Shown here: in pieces, positions 33,653-43,371 of the stretch | How the letters are laid out: each line of letters starts with the position of its first letter | How positions within the stretch are numbered: the first letter of the stretch is position 1 | Origin: Rhodobacteraceae bacterium HLUCCO07 | GTDB lineage: Bacteria; Pseudomonadota; Alphaproteobacteria; Rhodobacterales; Rhodobacteraceae | Assembly (NCBI GenBank): GCA_001314705.1 | Contig: LJSU01000015.1 | Coordinates: 6,505 to 70,504 of the forward strand | Direction of reading: 5' to 3' | Length of the DNA: 64,000 nt | The notes under the pieces: generated by a model | Database searches by the model: none | The model's input: only the letters and a program-made list of their open reading frames with translations | What the model was told of the DNA's origin: nothing | Program-made: the position numbers and the translations under genes

Positions 33653-34123
33653 ATGGAAAAAATCCCGATGACGCGCGCAGGGTTCGATGCCCTGCAGACC
33701 GAACTGAAGAAGCTCAAGTCCGAGGACCGCCCTGCCATCATCCGCGCCATCGCCGAGGCGCGCGAGCATGGCGACCTGAGCGAGAATGCCGAGTATCATT
33801 CCGCCAAGGAGAAACAGAGCTTCATCGAGGGCCGCATCAAGGAGCTTGAAGGCGTGATCAGCCTTGCCGACGTGATCGACCCCAAGAAACTCTCCGGCGC
33901 GATCAAGTTCGGCGCGACCGTCACGCTTGTCGACGAGGACACCGACGAGGAAAAGACCTATCAGATCGTCGGCGAATACGAGGCCGATATCGAGGCCGGC
34001 AAGCTCAACATCAAGTCGCCTATCGCCCGCGCCCTGATCGGCAAGGAAGAAGGCGACAGCGTCGAAGTGCGCACGCCGGGCGGTGAACGCAGCTATGAAG
34101 TGCTCAACATCGAATACGTCTGA
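33653..34123 (+). CDS. greA: transcription elongation factor GreA
   Basis: [56 protein letters not shown] 33644 is an alternative start. Confidence 0.9.
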   Translation: MEKIPMTRAGFDALQTELKKLKSEDRPAIIRAIAEAREHGDLSENAEYHSAKEKQSFIEGRIKELEGVISLADVIDPKKLSGAIKFGATVTLVDEDTDEEKTYQIVGEYEADIEAGKLNIKSPIARALIGKEEGDSVEVRTPGGERSYEVLNIEYV

Positions 34124-34145
34124 GCACGCCTGAGAGGGCCCCGCG

Positions 34146-35171
34146 ATGGCCGATCCGAACGAAAGCCGACCAACAACACCACTTGGCATCTATGACCGCG
34201 CAACACGCCCCGTCATAACCGGGATCGAGATCATCGCGCTGGTGCTTTCGGCGCTCTGGCTGATCGGGGCGGCCACGTTCTTTCTCGTGCTGGAAACGCC
34301 CGCACCCCGGACCCGGGAGCCGGAAACCGGCACGGACGGGCTGCGCTTTGTCATGACCATGCTGGCCGTCTTCATGCCGGTGGCGATGATCTGGGTTGCG
34401 GCCACGGCGGCGCGCGCATCACGGGTCATGCGCGAAGAAAGCCAGCGGCTTCAGGCGGCGATCGACGCGATCCGTCAGGCCTATGTCGCACAATCCCGGG
34501 GCGGTGGCGGGACGAGCGACGCCTCGGTCCAGAAGAAACTCGACGAGATCGCGGCGGCCCAGAAAAAGACCGAAACCGCCCTTGCGACATTTCACTCCTC
34601 GCGCGAGCGCCCGGCCCCGGCGCCGGCACGGGCAGCGGAACCGGCGCAGTCGAATCAGGCGGCGCTGCCGCTTGGCACGCGGGCCGAGGACATGGCGCCG
34701 CCGCTCGGGCGGGCCGATTTCATCCGGGCGCTGAACTTTCCCGAGACCGCCGAGGACACCGAAGGCTTCGCGGCCCTGCGCAAGGCGCTCAGGGACCGGC
34801 AGGCCAAGGAGCTCATTCAGGCCAGCCAGGACGTGCTGACCCTGCTCAGCCAGGACGGGATCTACATGGACGATCTGCGCCCCGACATGGCGCGCCCCGA
34901 GATCTGGCGCAGGTTCGCCGCCGGGGAACGCGGCCGCGCGGTGGCTGCCCTTGGCGGGGTGCGCGACCGGTCGTCGCTGGCACTGACAGCCGGACGGATG
35001 CGACAGGATCCCATTTTCCGCGATGCGGCGCATCATTTCCTGCGCAAGTTCGACCAGATGTTCGCCGGTTTCGCACAAGAGGCCAGCGACACGGAAATCT
35101 CGGATCTGGCCAACACCCGCACGGCACGGGCCTTCATGCTGCTGGGTCGGGTGGCCGGTACCTTCGACTGA
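34146..35171 (+). CDS. conserved hypothetical membrane protein
   Basis: 341 aa with two N-terminal TM helices, then a coiled-coil-like segment and a C-terminal soluble domain. No family recognised. Confidence 0.55.
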   Translation: MADPNESRPTTPLGIYDRATRPVITGIEIIALVLSALWLIGAATFFLVLETPAPRTREPETGTDGLRFVMTMLAVFMPVAMIWVAATAARASRVMREESQRLQAAIDAIRQAYVAQSRGGGGTSDASVQKKLDEIAAAQKKTETALATFHSSRERPAPAPARAAEPAQSNQAALPLGTRAEDMAPPLGRADFIRALNFPETAEDTEGFAALRKALRDRQAKELIQASQDVLTLLSQDGIYMDDLRPDMARPEIWRRFAAGERGRAVAALGGVRDRSSLALTAGRMRQDPIFRDAAHHFLRKFDQMFAGFAQEASDTEISDLANTRTARAFMLLGRVAGTFD

Positions 35172-35302
35172 CCCCGCGCGCGGGGGCATGGTCGGGCGGC
35201 ACCGGCCCCTTGCTTCATCCGACCTGGAACTCCCAGAGAGTGGGGGTGATCCCCTCGCTTGGCCACCCGATGACGAGGATCATGCGCAATCGGCCCCATC
35301 CA

Positions 35303-35929
35303 TCACCGGCTTCTTTGCTCCGTCCCGAGCATTGCCCGCGCCGAGGCAAGATCATCGGGCGTATTGATGTTGAAGAAGGGATCGAACGGATGCGCCTCGA
35401 ACATCGCCACGCGCGCGCCGCGCTCGTTGGCCCAGCGCATCACCCGGCGTGCGCCGCCCGTCAGCGCCGCGCGCAGATCGTCGCGCAAGCCCACCGGCCA
35501 CAGGCCGAAGATCGGATGCCACCCCTCTGCCGTGGCCGCGATCACCGGGCAGGCGGATTTGCCCTGCCCCGCCTCGCCGAGCCGCGCCACCAGGTCGGGC
35601 GGAAAGAACGGCGTGTCCCCCGCAACCGTGACCACCGAGTGCGCATCGCGTCCCGCGGCCCAGTCCATCGCCGCAAGGATACCGGCGAGCGGGCCGGGAA
35701 AACCGGCCACGCTGTCGGGTATCACCGGAAGGTCGTAGGCCGCGAACCGCGCCGCATCGCCATTGGCGTTGAGCGCGACATCCGCCACCTGCGACCTGAG
35801 CCGCGCGAGCACGTGATCGAGAATCCGGCCCTCCCCCAGAGGCAAAAGCGTCTTGTCGCCGCCCCCCAGCCGCGTGGCCAGTCCACCGGCAAGGATCACA
35901 CCGGGAATTGCTGCGGACGGGCGGATCAC
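35303..35929 (-). CDS. mobA: molybdenum cofactor guanylyltransferase
   Basis: ORF 35303..35950. GVILAGGLATRLGGGDKTLLPL is the MobA signature. Preferred start is GTG 35929, preceded by GAAGGAA. Confidence 0.8.
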   Translation of the reverse strand: MIRPSAAIPGVILAGGLATRLGGGDKTLLPLGEGRILDHVLARLRSQVADVALNANGDAARFAAYDLPVIPDSVAGFPGPLAGILAAMDWAAGRDAHSVVTVAGDTPFFPPDLVARLGEAGQGKSACPVIAATAEGWHPIFGLWPVGLRDDLRAALTGGARRVMRWANERGARVAMFEAHPFDPFFNINTPDDLASARAMLGTEQRSR

Positions 35930-36010
35930 GTGGTTTCCTTCACAAGGCAACTGGTTTGCATCCCCGGCTCCGACAGGTTAGGCGGTTGGCAATCAACCTA
36001 GGGTCAAGCG

Positions 36011-36745
36011 ATGCTGCCTGCCACCGATAAATCCGCCTTCTGGATGGGCGTGCGCGGCGCGGCGCCCTTCATCCTCGTTGTCGTGCCCTTTGCCATGCTG
36101 TTTGGCGTCGTGGCCACCGAGGCGGGGCTTAGCGTTGTGGAAACATTCATCTTTTCCACCACGGTCGTGGCCGGGGCCGCGCAGTTCACCGCGCTGCAAC
36201 TCATGCAGGAGCAGGCGCCCACCCTGATCGTCCTGATCTCGGCGCTGGCGGTCAACCTTCGCCTGGCGATGTATTCCGCCGCGTTGACCCCGCACCTGGG
36301 CGCGGCGCCCTTCTGGACAAGGGTTTTCGTGGCCTATCTCACCGTCGATCAAAGCTATGCCTGCTCGGTCGCCGCGTATGAGCGCAACCCCGACTGGGAC
36401 CTGCGTACCAAGCTGATCTTCTTTTTCGGCACCTGCGCGCCGGTCCTGCCGCTATGGATCCTCGCCTCGCTGGCCGGCGCACTGATCGGGCAGGCGATCC
36501 CGCCCGCCTTCGCGCTGGATTTCGCGGTGCCGATCACCTTCCTGGCGATCATCGCACCGATGCTGCGCACCCTCGCCCATGTCGCTGCGGCCTTCGTCGC
36601 GGTGATCCTCGCGCTGAGCTTCGCCTGGCTGCCCTTCAACCTGGGGCTGCTCGTGGGCGGGCTGGGCGGCATGATGACCGGCGCGCAGGTCGAAGTGATG
36701 CTGGAGCGGCGGCTGAAGAACCTGAAATCCGGTGAGGTGCGCTGA
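36011..36745 (+). CDS. azlC: AzlC family branched-chain amino acid exporter component
   Basis: 244 aa. FGVVATEAGLS...TTVVAGAAQFTALQLM...NLRLAMYSAAL. Confidence 0.8.
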   Translation: MLPATDKSAFWMGVRGAAPFILVVVPFAMLFGVVATEAGLSVVETFIFSTTVVAGAAQFTALQLMQEQAPTLIVLISALAVNLRLAMYSAALTPHLGAAPFWTRVFVAYLTVDQSYACSVAAYERNPDWDLRTKLIFFFGTCAPVLPLWILASLAGALIGQAIPPAFALDFAVPITFLAIIAPMLRTLAHVAAAFVAVILALSFAWLPFNLGLLVGGLGGMMTGAQVEVMLERRLKNLKSGEVR

Positions 36746-37068
36746 TGGACCATGTCACCATCTGGATCGTGATTGCCGGGCTCGGCATCGGCAGCTTCTT
36801 CCTGCGCTTCGTCTTCCTCGGGGTAATCGGCAACCGGCCGCTGCCCGCCTGGATCCTGCGGCACCTGCGCTATACGGCAGTGGCGGTCATCCCGGCGCTG
36901 GTCGCGCCAATGGTGCTCTGGCCCGCGGCCACGGGCGAACAGTTCGATGCGCCACGCATGGCCGCGGCGTTCATGACCCTCGGGATCGGGCTGGCCACGA
37001 AAAACGTGCTGGCCGCGATCCTTCTGGGCGCGCTGACGCTCTATGCCGGGCTTTACATCGCCGGCTGA
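36745..37068 (+). CDS. azlD: AzlD domain membrane protein
   Basis: 107 aa, hydrophobic. Its start overlaps the azlC stop as TGATG. Confidence 0.75.
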   Translation: MDHVTIWIVIAGLGIGSFFLRFVFLGVIGNRPLPAWILRHLRYTAVAVIPALVAPMVLWPAATGEQFDAPRMAAAFMTLGIGLATKNVLAAILLGALTLYAGLYIAG

Positions 37069-37160
37069 AGCGTTCCGCCAACGCCTGCGACGGGCACAAG
37101 CCGGAACGCAGCGCACCCTGTCAGCGTAAGAGCAGCAGCGCGGCGCCTGTGGCGATCGCA

Positions 37161-37967
37161 TCATCCACCGCAACCACGAATGTCGACGGCGCGCGATTCG
37201 CCCAGCAGCGTGAAGCGAAGGCCCGACCGGTCGAGCGCGAAGGGTTGGCCCGTGTCACTCATCAACTCGAACCGCGCGGTGAGCGTGTCGCCCGCGCGCT
37301 CCATCTCCGGCTCGGAGACCCAGATCATCGGGTCGGCGGTTTCCAGCGCGGCGGTTTCCGTCTCGCCTATGGGCGGCAGGGTGAACCGCGCGGTCAGGAT
37401 CAACCCGTCATCGCCGGGCGCGATGGCACACTCGTGATGGGAAAGTCCCGCCTCGTCTCCGCGCACGGGCCGATCGGCCAGCGCGGCCGCGATGGCGGGC
37501 ACCGGGGGCGCATCGGCGCGCGCCTCCAGCGTGACGGCGTCGAGGTCGAGCTGGACCGGAACGCAGACATCCTGGCAGATGCCGATTTCGATATGGCCGG
37601 CCAGTTGCACGGGCCGCCCGGCGCGGTCGGGCGTGATCACGAGCGGCAGGATCACGTCACCCTCATAGCCGATGCTGCGCATGCCGTTCTGGTCGAACAC
37701 CTCCGGCCGGGGCCATTCGATATCGAGCGCCCCGAGATTGCGCGAACCCGACCAGTCGAACACGGGCGGAATGCCAGCGTCGCCGGGTGCGCGCCAATAG
37801 GTTTTCCAACCCGTGGCAAGCCGGAATTCAAGCCCGGCCATGAGCGTGCCATCCGACATCTGCCAGCCGGGGACAAGACGCATGGAGACCATGTCGGCGT
37901 AGGGATTGGCGCGCAACGGCAGCGCGGCGAGACAAAGGGCACAAAGCAGGGCGGTCAGTCTGATCAT
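37161..37967 (-). CDS. periplasmic protein with a DsbD N-terminal-like (thiol:disulfide interchange) domain
   Basis: ORF 37161..38756. The plausible product starts at MIRLTALLCALCLAALPLRA (ATG 37967). It carries GWKTYWRAPGDAGIPP and ICQDVCVP motifs like those of DsbD-alpha/ScsB-type domains. The 260 aa upstream extension is antisense to yqgE. Confidence 0.65.
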   Translation of the reverse strand: MIRLTALLCALCLAALPLRANPYADMVSMRLVPGWQMSDGTLMAGLEFRLATGWKTYWRAPGDAGIPPVFDWSGSRNLGALDIEWPRPEVFDQNGMRSIGYEGDVILPLVITPDRAGRPVQLAGHIEIGICQDVCVPVQLDLDAVTLEARADAPPVPAIAAALADRPVRGDEAGLSHHECAIAPGDDGLILTARFTLPPIGETETAALETADPMIWVSEPEMERAGDTLTARFELMSDTGQPFALDRSGLRFTLLGESRAVDIRGCGG

Positions 37968-38111
37968 GAGCGCAGTGATGCGCGGGGGCGCGGTAAAGAA
38001 CAACTCACTTTCCGGCGAGAATCGGCGAATGTGGCGCAAATCCCGCGCTTGAACATCAGCCCGCGGAAGCGCATGTATGGTCCATGAACATGGCAAGCCA
38101 GGGTCAGACCG

Positions 38112-38702
38112 ATGGCAGGCAGAATGCCGGGCGCTGACGACCTCGATATGGACCTGACCGGCACGCTCCTGATCGCGATGCCGGGGATGGGTGATCCACG
38201 GTTCGACAAATCCGTGGTATTCGTTTGCGCCCACTCCGACGAAGGGGCAATGGGTCTGATCGTGAACAAGCCCACAGACGACCTGCGGCTTTCGGCCCTG
38301 GTCGAGCAGCTTGAACTGGGCGATGGCGGATGTGCGCGCGACCTGCCGGTGTATTTCGGCGGACCGGTGGAACACGGTCGGGGATTCGTGCTGCATTCGG
38401 GCGATTACACCTCGCCGATCTCGACGCTGCGGGTGAATGACGATTTCGCCCTGACTGCGACGCTCGACATTCTCGAGGAGCTGGCCGCCGGGCGGGGGCC
38501 GATGCGGGCGATCATGGCGCTGGGCTATGCCGGCTGGGGGCCGGGGCAACTCGAAAGCGAGATCCTGGCCAATGGATGGCTCACTGCCGAAGCCGGGGCC
38601 GACCTGGTGTTCGACACCGCAGACGCCCGCAAGTGGAGCGCCGCGCTGCGCACGCTGGGCGTGGACCCGCTGAGCCTCTCGGCGGCGGCGGGTCGGGCCT
38701 GA
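38112..38702 (+). CDS. YqgE/AlgH family protein
   Basis: [38 protein letters not shown]...[15 protein letters not shown]...[14 protein letters not shown]. The start may instead be the internal ATG at 38148. Confidence 0.85.
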   Translation: MAGRMPGADDLDMDLTGTLLIAMPGMGDPRFDKSVVFVCAHSDEGAMGLIVNKPTDDLRLSALVEQLELGDGGCARDLPVYFGGPVEHGRGFVLHSGDYTSPISTLRVNDDFALTATLDILEELAAGRGPMRAIMALGYAGWGPGQLESEILANGWLTAEAGADLVFDTADARKWSAALRTLGVDPLSLSAAAGRA

Positions 38703-38794
38703 TCCAAATGTGCGCTTCCGCGCAAATTGTTTCCAGCATGTGGAGAGGTGACGCATCTCTCGGCGGGCCGGCCCCGTGGCCCGTGCCGGAACTT

Positions 38795-38815
38795 GAGTAT
38801 TTTTCCCAAGAAAGA
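38795..38815 (+). repeat. copy of the intergenic motif GAGTATTTTTSCCAAGAAAGA
   Basis: GAGTATTTTTCCCAAGAAAGA lies 10 nt from the converging tsaC stop. Confidence 0.6.
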
Positions 38816-38824
38816 ACAGCGGGT

Positions 38825-39772
38825 TCAGTCTCGCGGGGCCGCTGCACGGCGCAGCCGGTCGTTGATCGCGCGGCCAAGGCCGGTTTCGGGAATGGGTGAC
38901 ACGGCGATGGGCACGGTTCCGTCGTCGATCCGGTGCAGCATGGCGAAAAGATTGGCCGCGGCCTCGGTCAGATCACCCGAGGGCGAGAGGTTGAGATCGG
39001 CCTCGGCCACGGCGCCGAAGCCGAGCAGACGCTCGCCGGGACGTTTCCCGGTCGCGTTGAGGCGCACCGGCGCCGTTGGCGCGTAGTGTGAAGCCAACTG
39101 GCCCGGGGCGGTGACCTCCGGCCCCGACGTGGCCAGCGGGCAGCCCAGCGCCGCCTCGATTTCCTCGCTGGCAAGCCCGCCGGGGCGCAGCAGGCGCGGG
39201 GTGTCGTCGGTCAGGCCGACGATGGTGCTTTCCACCCCCACCGGGCAGGGGCCGCCATCGAGAATGGCCTCGATCCGGCCCGAGAGGCCGGCGGCGACAT
39301 GATCGGCATTGGTCGGGCTGATCCGGCCCGAGGGGTTGGCCGAGGGCGCGGCCACCGGGCCGCCGAAGCGCCGCAGGAGCGCCCGCGCCAGCGGATGGGC
39401 GGGCACGCGCAGCGCAAGGCTGGGCAGGTCGGCGGTGACGAGCGGCGAGATCGGACTCCCGGGTAAAAGCGGCAGCACGAGGGTCAGCGGGCCGGGCCAG
39501 AACCGGGTGGCGAGTGTCTCGGCTTTGTCGGACCACGCGACGAACGCCCGCGCGGCCTGCGCCTCGGCCAGGTGCACGATCAGCGGGTTGAAGCGCGGCC
39601 GCCCCTTTGCGGCGAAGATCCGCGCCACCGCCCGGCCATTGCACGCATTCGCCCCCAGCCCGTAAACCGTTTCGGTGGGAAAGGCGACGAGCCCGCCCGC
39701 ACCCAGGATGGCGGCAGCGCGGTCAAGCCCGCGATCATCGGCATCGAGGCGAAGGGTGGCAAGTTCGGTCAT
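38825..39772 (-). CDS. tsaC: L-threonylcarbamoyladenylate synthase (Sua5/YwlC type)
   Basis: ORF 38825..39844. GGLVAFPTETVYGLGANA...KGRPRFNPLIVH...ALRVPAHPLARALL...VAAPSANPSGRISPT. Start at ATG 39772. Confidence 0.85.
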   Translation of the reverse strand: MTELATLRLDADDRGLDRAAAILGAGGLVAFPTETVYGLGANACNGRAVARIFAAKGRPRFNPLIVHLAEAQAARAFVAWSDKAETLATRFWPGPLTLVLPLLPGSPISPLVTADLPSLALRVPAHPLARALLRRFGGPVAAPSANPSGRISPTNADHVAAGLSGRIEAILDGGPCPVGVESTIVGLTDDTPRLLRPGGLASEEIEAALGCPLATSGPEVTAPGQLASHYAPTAPVRLNATGKRPGERLLGFGAVAEADLNLSPSGDLTEAAANLFAMLHRIDDGTVPIAVSPIPETGLGRAINDRLRRAAAPRD

Positions 39773-39887
39773 GGCATTGACGCCGCGTTTTGATATGTGA
39801 AGGCGCAAGTCTTGCTTTACGCTGGGCTGTGGGTCTGCATACAAGCGCCCGCATCCGAAGCCAAGCCGCCAGTCAAGGAGTTGAGTG

Positions 39888-41609
39888 ATGCCCTATAGCG
39901 CGCCGATCGCCGATTATGCCTATATCTTCGACCATGTCGTCGGGTTTTCGCAAGTTGCTGAAACCGAACGGTTTTCCGAGGCCAGCCCCGACATGGTGAC
40001 CGCGATCCTCGGTGAGGCCGGGCGCATGTGCGAGGACAAGCTCGCCCCGCTGCAGCGCGAGGGCGACCTGAACGGTGCCTATCTCGAAAACGGCGTGGTG
40101 CGCACCCCGCCAGGCTTTGCCGAAGGATATGCCGCGATCCGCGAGGGCGGCTGGCTGGGGATCTCGGCAGATCCCGAATATGGCGGGATGGGCCTTCCGA
40201 TGGCGATGATGAGCGCCGTGAACGAAATGATGAGCGGCGCCTGCATGGCGCTTCAACTCAACCCGCTTCTGACCCAGGGCCAGATCGAGGCGCTGGAACA
40301 TCATGCCAGCGACGAGATCAAGGCGCTGTACCTGCCCAAGCTGATCAGCGGCGAGTGGAACGGCACCATGAACCTGACCGAGCCGCAGGCCGGCTCGGAC
40401 GTGGGCGCGCTCAGCACCCGTGCCGAGGCCAACGGCGACGGCACATACGCGATCACCGGGCAGAAGATCTATATCACCTGGGGCGACGGCGATTTCATGG
40501 AAAACGTCTGTCACCTGGTGCTCGCGCGGCTGCCCGACGGGGTGCCGGGGCCGAAGGGAATCAGCCTTTTCCTGGTGCCCAAGTATATCCCGGATGCGGA
40601 TGGCAAGCCGGGCAAGGCCAACGCACTCAAGGTGGTCAGCCTCGAACACAAGCTGGGGGTGCATGGCAGCCCGACCTGCGTGATGCAATATGACGGCGCG
40701 ACCGGCTGGATGGTGGGCCCCGAACATGGCGGCATGGCGGCGATGTTCACGATGATGAACAATGCCCGCCTTGGCGTCGGTGTCCAGGGGATCGGCGTGG
40801 CCGAGGCCGCCTATCAGCACGCGCTGGCCTATGCGCAGGACCGCAAGCAGGGCCGCACCCCGGTCAAGGACGGCAAGGGCACGATCATCGAACATGCCGA
40901 TGTGCGCCGGATGCTGGCCACGATGAAGGCCGACATCTTTGCCGCGCGCGCCATCGGGCTGGCCTGTGCGGTGGCGATCGACATGGGCAATGCCACGGGC
41001 GACAAGGAATGGCAGGCACGCGGGGCCTTCCTCACTCCCATCGCCAAGGCGTTCGGCTCGGAAACCGGCATGCGCGTGGCCGAGCTGGGCGTGCAGGTGC
41101 ATGGCGGCATGGGGTTCATCGAGGAAACCGGCGCCGCCCAGTTCAGCCGCGACGTGCGGGTCACGGCGATCTACGAGGGCACCAACGGCATCCAGGCAAT
41201 GGACCTTGCCGGCCGCAAGCTCATGGACGGGGGCGAGGCGGGCTATGCGCTGATCGAGGAGATCGCCAAACAGGCCGAGGCCGCGCGACCGAAACAGCCG
41301 CGCATGGCCGGTGCCGTCTGGGACGCGGTCGAGGCCCTGCGCGAGGCGACCGAATGGATGGTGTCGCAGGGCGACGTCACCGAACGATTTGCCGGGGCGG
41401 TGCCGTTCCTCATGGGCTGGGCGCGGGTCCTGGGAGCGCATTACCACCTGCGCGCGGCCTGCGCCGAAGAGGGCGATGGCCCGCGCACGCGGCTGGCGCG
41501 CTTTTATATCCAGCGGCTTCTGCCCGAATACGCCGCGCAACTGGCCCACGCGACGCAGGGCGCAGGCGATCTCTATGCGCTCACCGACGACGATCTGGGG
41601 GCGGCATGA
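39888..41609 (+). CDS. long-form acyl-CoA dehydrogenase (family that includes DmdC-type enzymes)
   Basis: 573 aa. GTMNLTEPQAGSDVGALSTRAE...QKIYITWGDGDF...SLEHKLGVHGSPTC...IYEGTNGIQAMDL. ATG 39888 lies 7 nt after AAGGAG. Confidence 0.85.
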   Translation: MPYSAPIADYAYIFDHVVGFSQVAETERFSEASPDMVTAILGEAGRMCEDKLAPLQREGDLNGAYLENGVVRTPPGFAEGYAAIREGGWLGISADPEYGGMGLPMAMMSAVNEMMSGACMALQLNPLLTQGQIEALEHHASDEIKALYLPKLISGEWNGTMNLTEPQAGSDVGALSTRAEANGDGTYAITGQKIYITWGDGDFMENVCHLVLARLPDGVPGPKGISLFLVPKYIPDADGKPGKANALKVVSLEHKLGVHGSPTCVMQYDGATGWMVGPEHGGMAAMFTMMNNARLGVGVQGIGVAEAAYQHALAYAQDRKQGRTPVKDGKGTIIEHADVRRMLATMKADIFAARAIGLACAVAIDMGNATGDKEWQARGAFLTPIAKAFGSETGMRVAELGVQVHGGMGFIEETGAAQFSRDVRVTAIYEGTNGIQAMDLAGRKLMDGGEAGYALIEEIAKQAEAARPKQPRMAGAVWDAVEALREATEWMVSQGDVTERFAGAVPFLMGWARVLGAHYHLRAACAEEGDGPRTRLARFYIQRLLPEYAAQLAHATQGAGDLYALTDDDLGAA

Positions 41610-42691
41610 TGGATGGCAGCGCCGGGCATCTGACCTATCCGTGGGAGACCCCGCCCGCCGAAGGCGAGGCGGTCGAGGTGGCCCCCGGTGTATTATGGCT
41701 GCGCCTGCCGCTGCCGATGGCGCTCGATCACGTCAATATCTATGCCCTGGACGAGGGCGACCACTGGACAATCATCGACGCCGGGATGAAAACCGGCCGC
41801 ACCGAGGCGCTTTGGGAGCGGTTGCTCGACGGGCCGCTCGCGGGCAAGCCGGTGGGCCGGGTGATGCTGACCCATCACCATCCCGATCACGTCGGCATGG
41901 CGGGCTGGTTCGTCGCGCGCGGGGCCGAACTCTGGACCTCGCGCACGGCCTATCTCATGGCGCGGATGCTGATCCTCGACGTCGAGGAGCATCCGACCGC
42001 GCAGGCCGAGGCATTCTGGCGCGGCGCGGGCATGGATGCGGCCATGCTCGACAAGCGGATGCGCGAGCGGCCATTCAACTTCGCCGATATGTGCCATGAC
42101 CTTCCGGTCGGCTACACCCGCGTGCAGCAGGGCGAGGTGATCCGCATGGGCGGGCGCGACTGGGATGTGCACATGGGCAATGGCCACGCGCCGGAGCATG
42201 TCACCCTCTGGAGCCGCGACGACAACCTGGTGATCGCGGGCGATCAGGTCATCAGTTCGATCAGCCCCAATATCGGCGTCTATCCGACCGAACCCGAGGC
42301 CGAGCCGCTGGGCGAGTGGATGGAAGCCTGCGAGCGCCTGGCGCAATATGCGCGCGCCGACCAACTGGTGCTGTCGGGGCACAAGCTGCCCTTTACCGGT
42401 CTGCCGCTGCGACTGCGCCAGTTGCTCGACAATCACCATGGCGCGCTCGCCCGGCTCGAGGCGCATCTGGGCCAGCCCCGGCTGGCCTCGGAGTGCTTTG
42501 CCCCGCTCTTCAAGCGCAGGATCGACGAAGGAATCTATGGTATGGCCCTTGTGGAAACGGTCGCGCATCTCAATCATCTTCTGCACGAGGGGCGCGTGAC
42601 GCGCACCCGCCGCGCCGATGGGGCGTGGCTCTGGCAGCAAGGGGGGAACGACGATGCAGGACGAGATCAGGACATCGGCCGAAGCCTATGA
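41606..42691 (+). CDS. MBL-fold metallo-hydrolase
   Basis: The real frame of ORF 41009..42691 starts at ATGATG 41606 (ATGA overlap with the ACAD stop). The MLTHHHPDHVGMAGW metal-binding motif is present. Confidence 0.8.
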   Translation: MMDGSAGHLTYPWETPPAEGEAVEVAPGVLWLRLPLPMALDHVNIYALDEGDHWTIIDAGMKTGRTEALWERLLDGPLAGKPVGRVMLTHHHPDHVGMAGWFVARGAELWTSRTAYLMARMLILDVEEHPTAQAEAFWRGAGMDAAMLDKRMRERPFNFADMCHDLPVGYTRVQQGEVIRMGGRDWDVHMGNGHAPEHVTLWSRDDNLVIAGDQVISSISPNIGVYPTEPEAEPLGEWMEACERLAQYARADQLVLSGHKLPFTGLPLRLRQLLDNHHGALARLEAHLGQPRLASECFAPLFKRRIDEGIYGMALVETVAHLNHLLHEGRVTRTRRADGAWLWQQGGNDDAGRDQDIGRSL

Positions 42692-43139
42692 AGACAGCGC
42701 GATTCCGCGCCGCCACGAGGTCCATGCCGACCCCGAAACCGAAGCGTGCAACGACGTGCCCGATGCGGTCAGGCAAAAGCCGCTCAAGCACAAAAGCCCC
42801 GCCGAATGGGCCTATGAGCGGCTGATCCTCTATATACAGAATTTCGAGGAACAGCTCGACAACGAGCACGAGGTCGCGATGGGCTTTACCGGCGGCGACA
42901 CGGGCGTGATCCGGATCGAGGGGATGGGATTTTTCGACCCCGATATCGTGACCTTCTATGGGTCGGACGCCACCGGCACGCGCACCCAGTTGATCCAGCA
43001 TGTCAGCCAGCTGAACGTGATGCTGCGCGCCCTGCCCCGGCAGGTCGATCGCGCCGTGCCGCGCCGCATCGGGTTTCGCCTGGCACAAGATCTCGACAAG
43101 GAAAACGAAACCGCCAAATCCGGTGACGAGCAAGGGTGA
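42654..43139 (+). CDS. conserved hypothetical protein
   Basis: ORF 42618..43139. ATG 42654 is preceded by GGGGGA. It overlaps the MBL gene end by 38 nt in another frame. No family recognised with certainty. Confidence 0.5.
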   Translation: MQDEIRTSAEAYEDSAIPRRHEVHADPETEACNDVPDAVRQKPLKHKSPAEWAYERLILYIQNFEEQLDNEHEVAMGFTGGDTGVIRIEGMGFFDPDIVTFYGSDATGTRTQLIQHVSQLNVMLRALPRQVDRAVPRRIGFRLAQDLDKENETAKSGDEQG

Positions 43140-43193
43140 CAGGCCCGCGCAAATCGTCTATTCACATCCGCAACATCAGTATCGGAGCGAAAA

Positions 43194-43328
43194 ATGAGCG
43201 AACACAAGCACGGTGAAATGGACATCACGGTTCAGGAAAAGACCTTTGAAGGGTTCGTGAAGTTCATGACCTGGTCCGCTGTCGCGATCATTCTCCTTTT
43301 GCTTTTCATCGCTCTGGTGAATGCCTGA
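43194..43328 (+). CDS. 44-aa membrane peptide resembling aa3-type cytochrome c oxidase subunit IV
   Basis: Too short for the ORF track. ATG 43194 is preceded by GGAGCGAAAA. MSEHKHGEMDITVQEKTFEGFVKFMTWSAVAIILLLLFIALVNA matches my recollection of the Paracoccus/Rhodobacter subunit IV pattern (HKHGxMDIxxQxxTFxGF plus one TM helix). Confidence 0.6.
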   Translation: MSEHKHGEMDITVQEKTFEGFVKFMTWSAVAIILLLLFIALVNA

Positions 43329-43371
43329 TTTCGGGTTCTGGTTCTGATCTCCGAAAGGGGCATCGCCTGGT

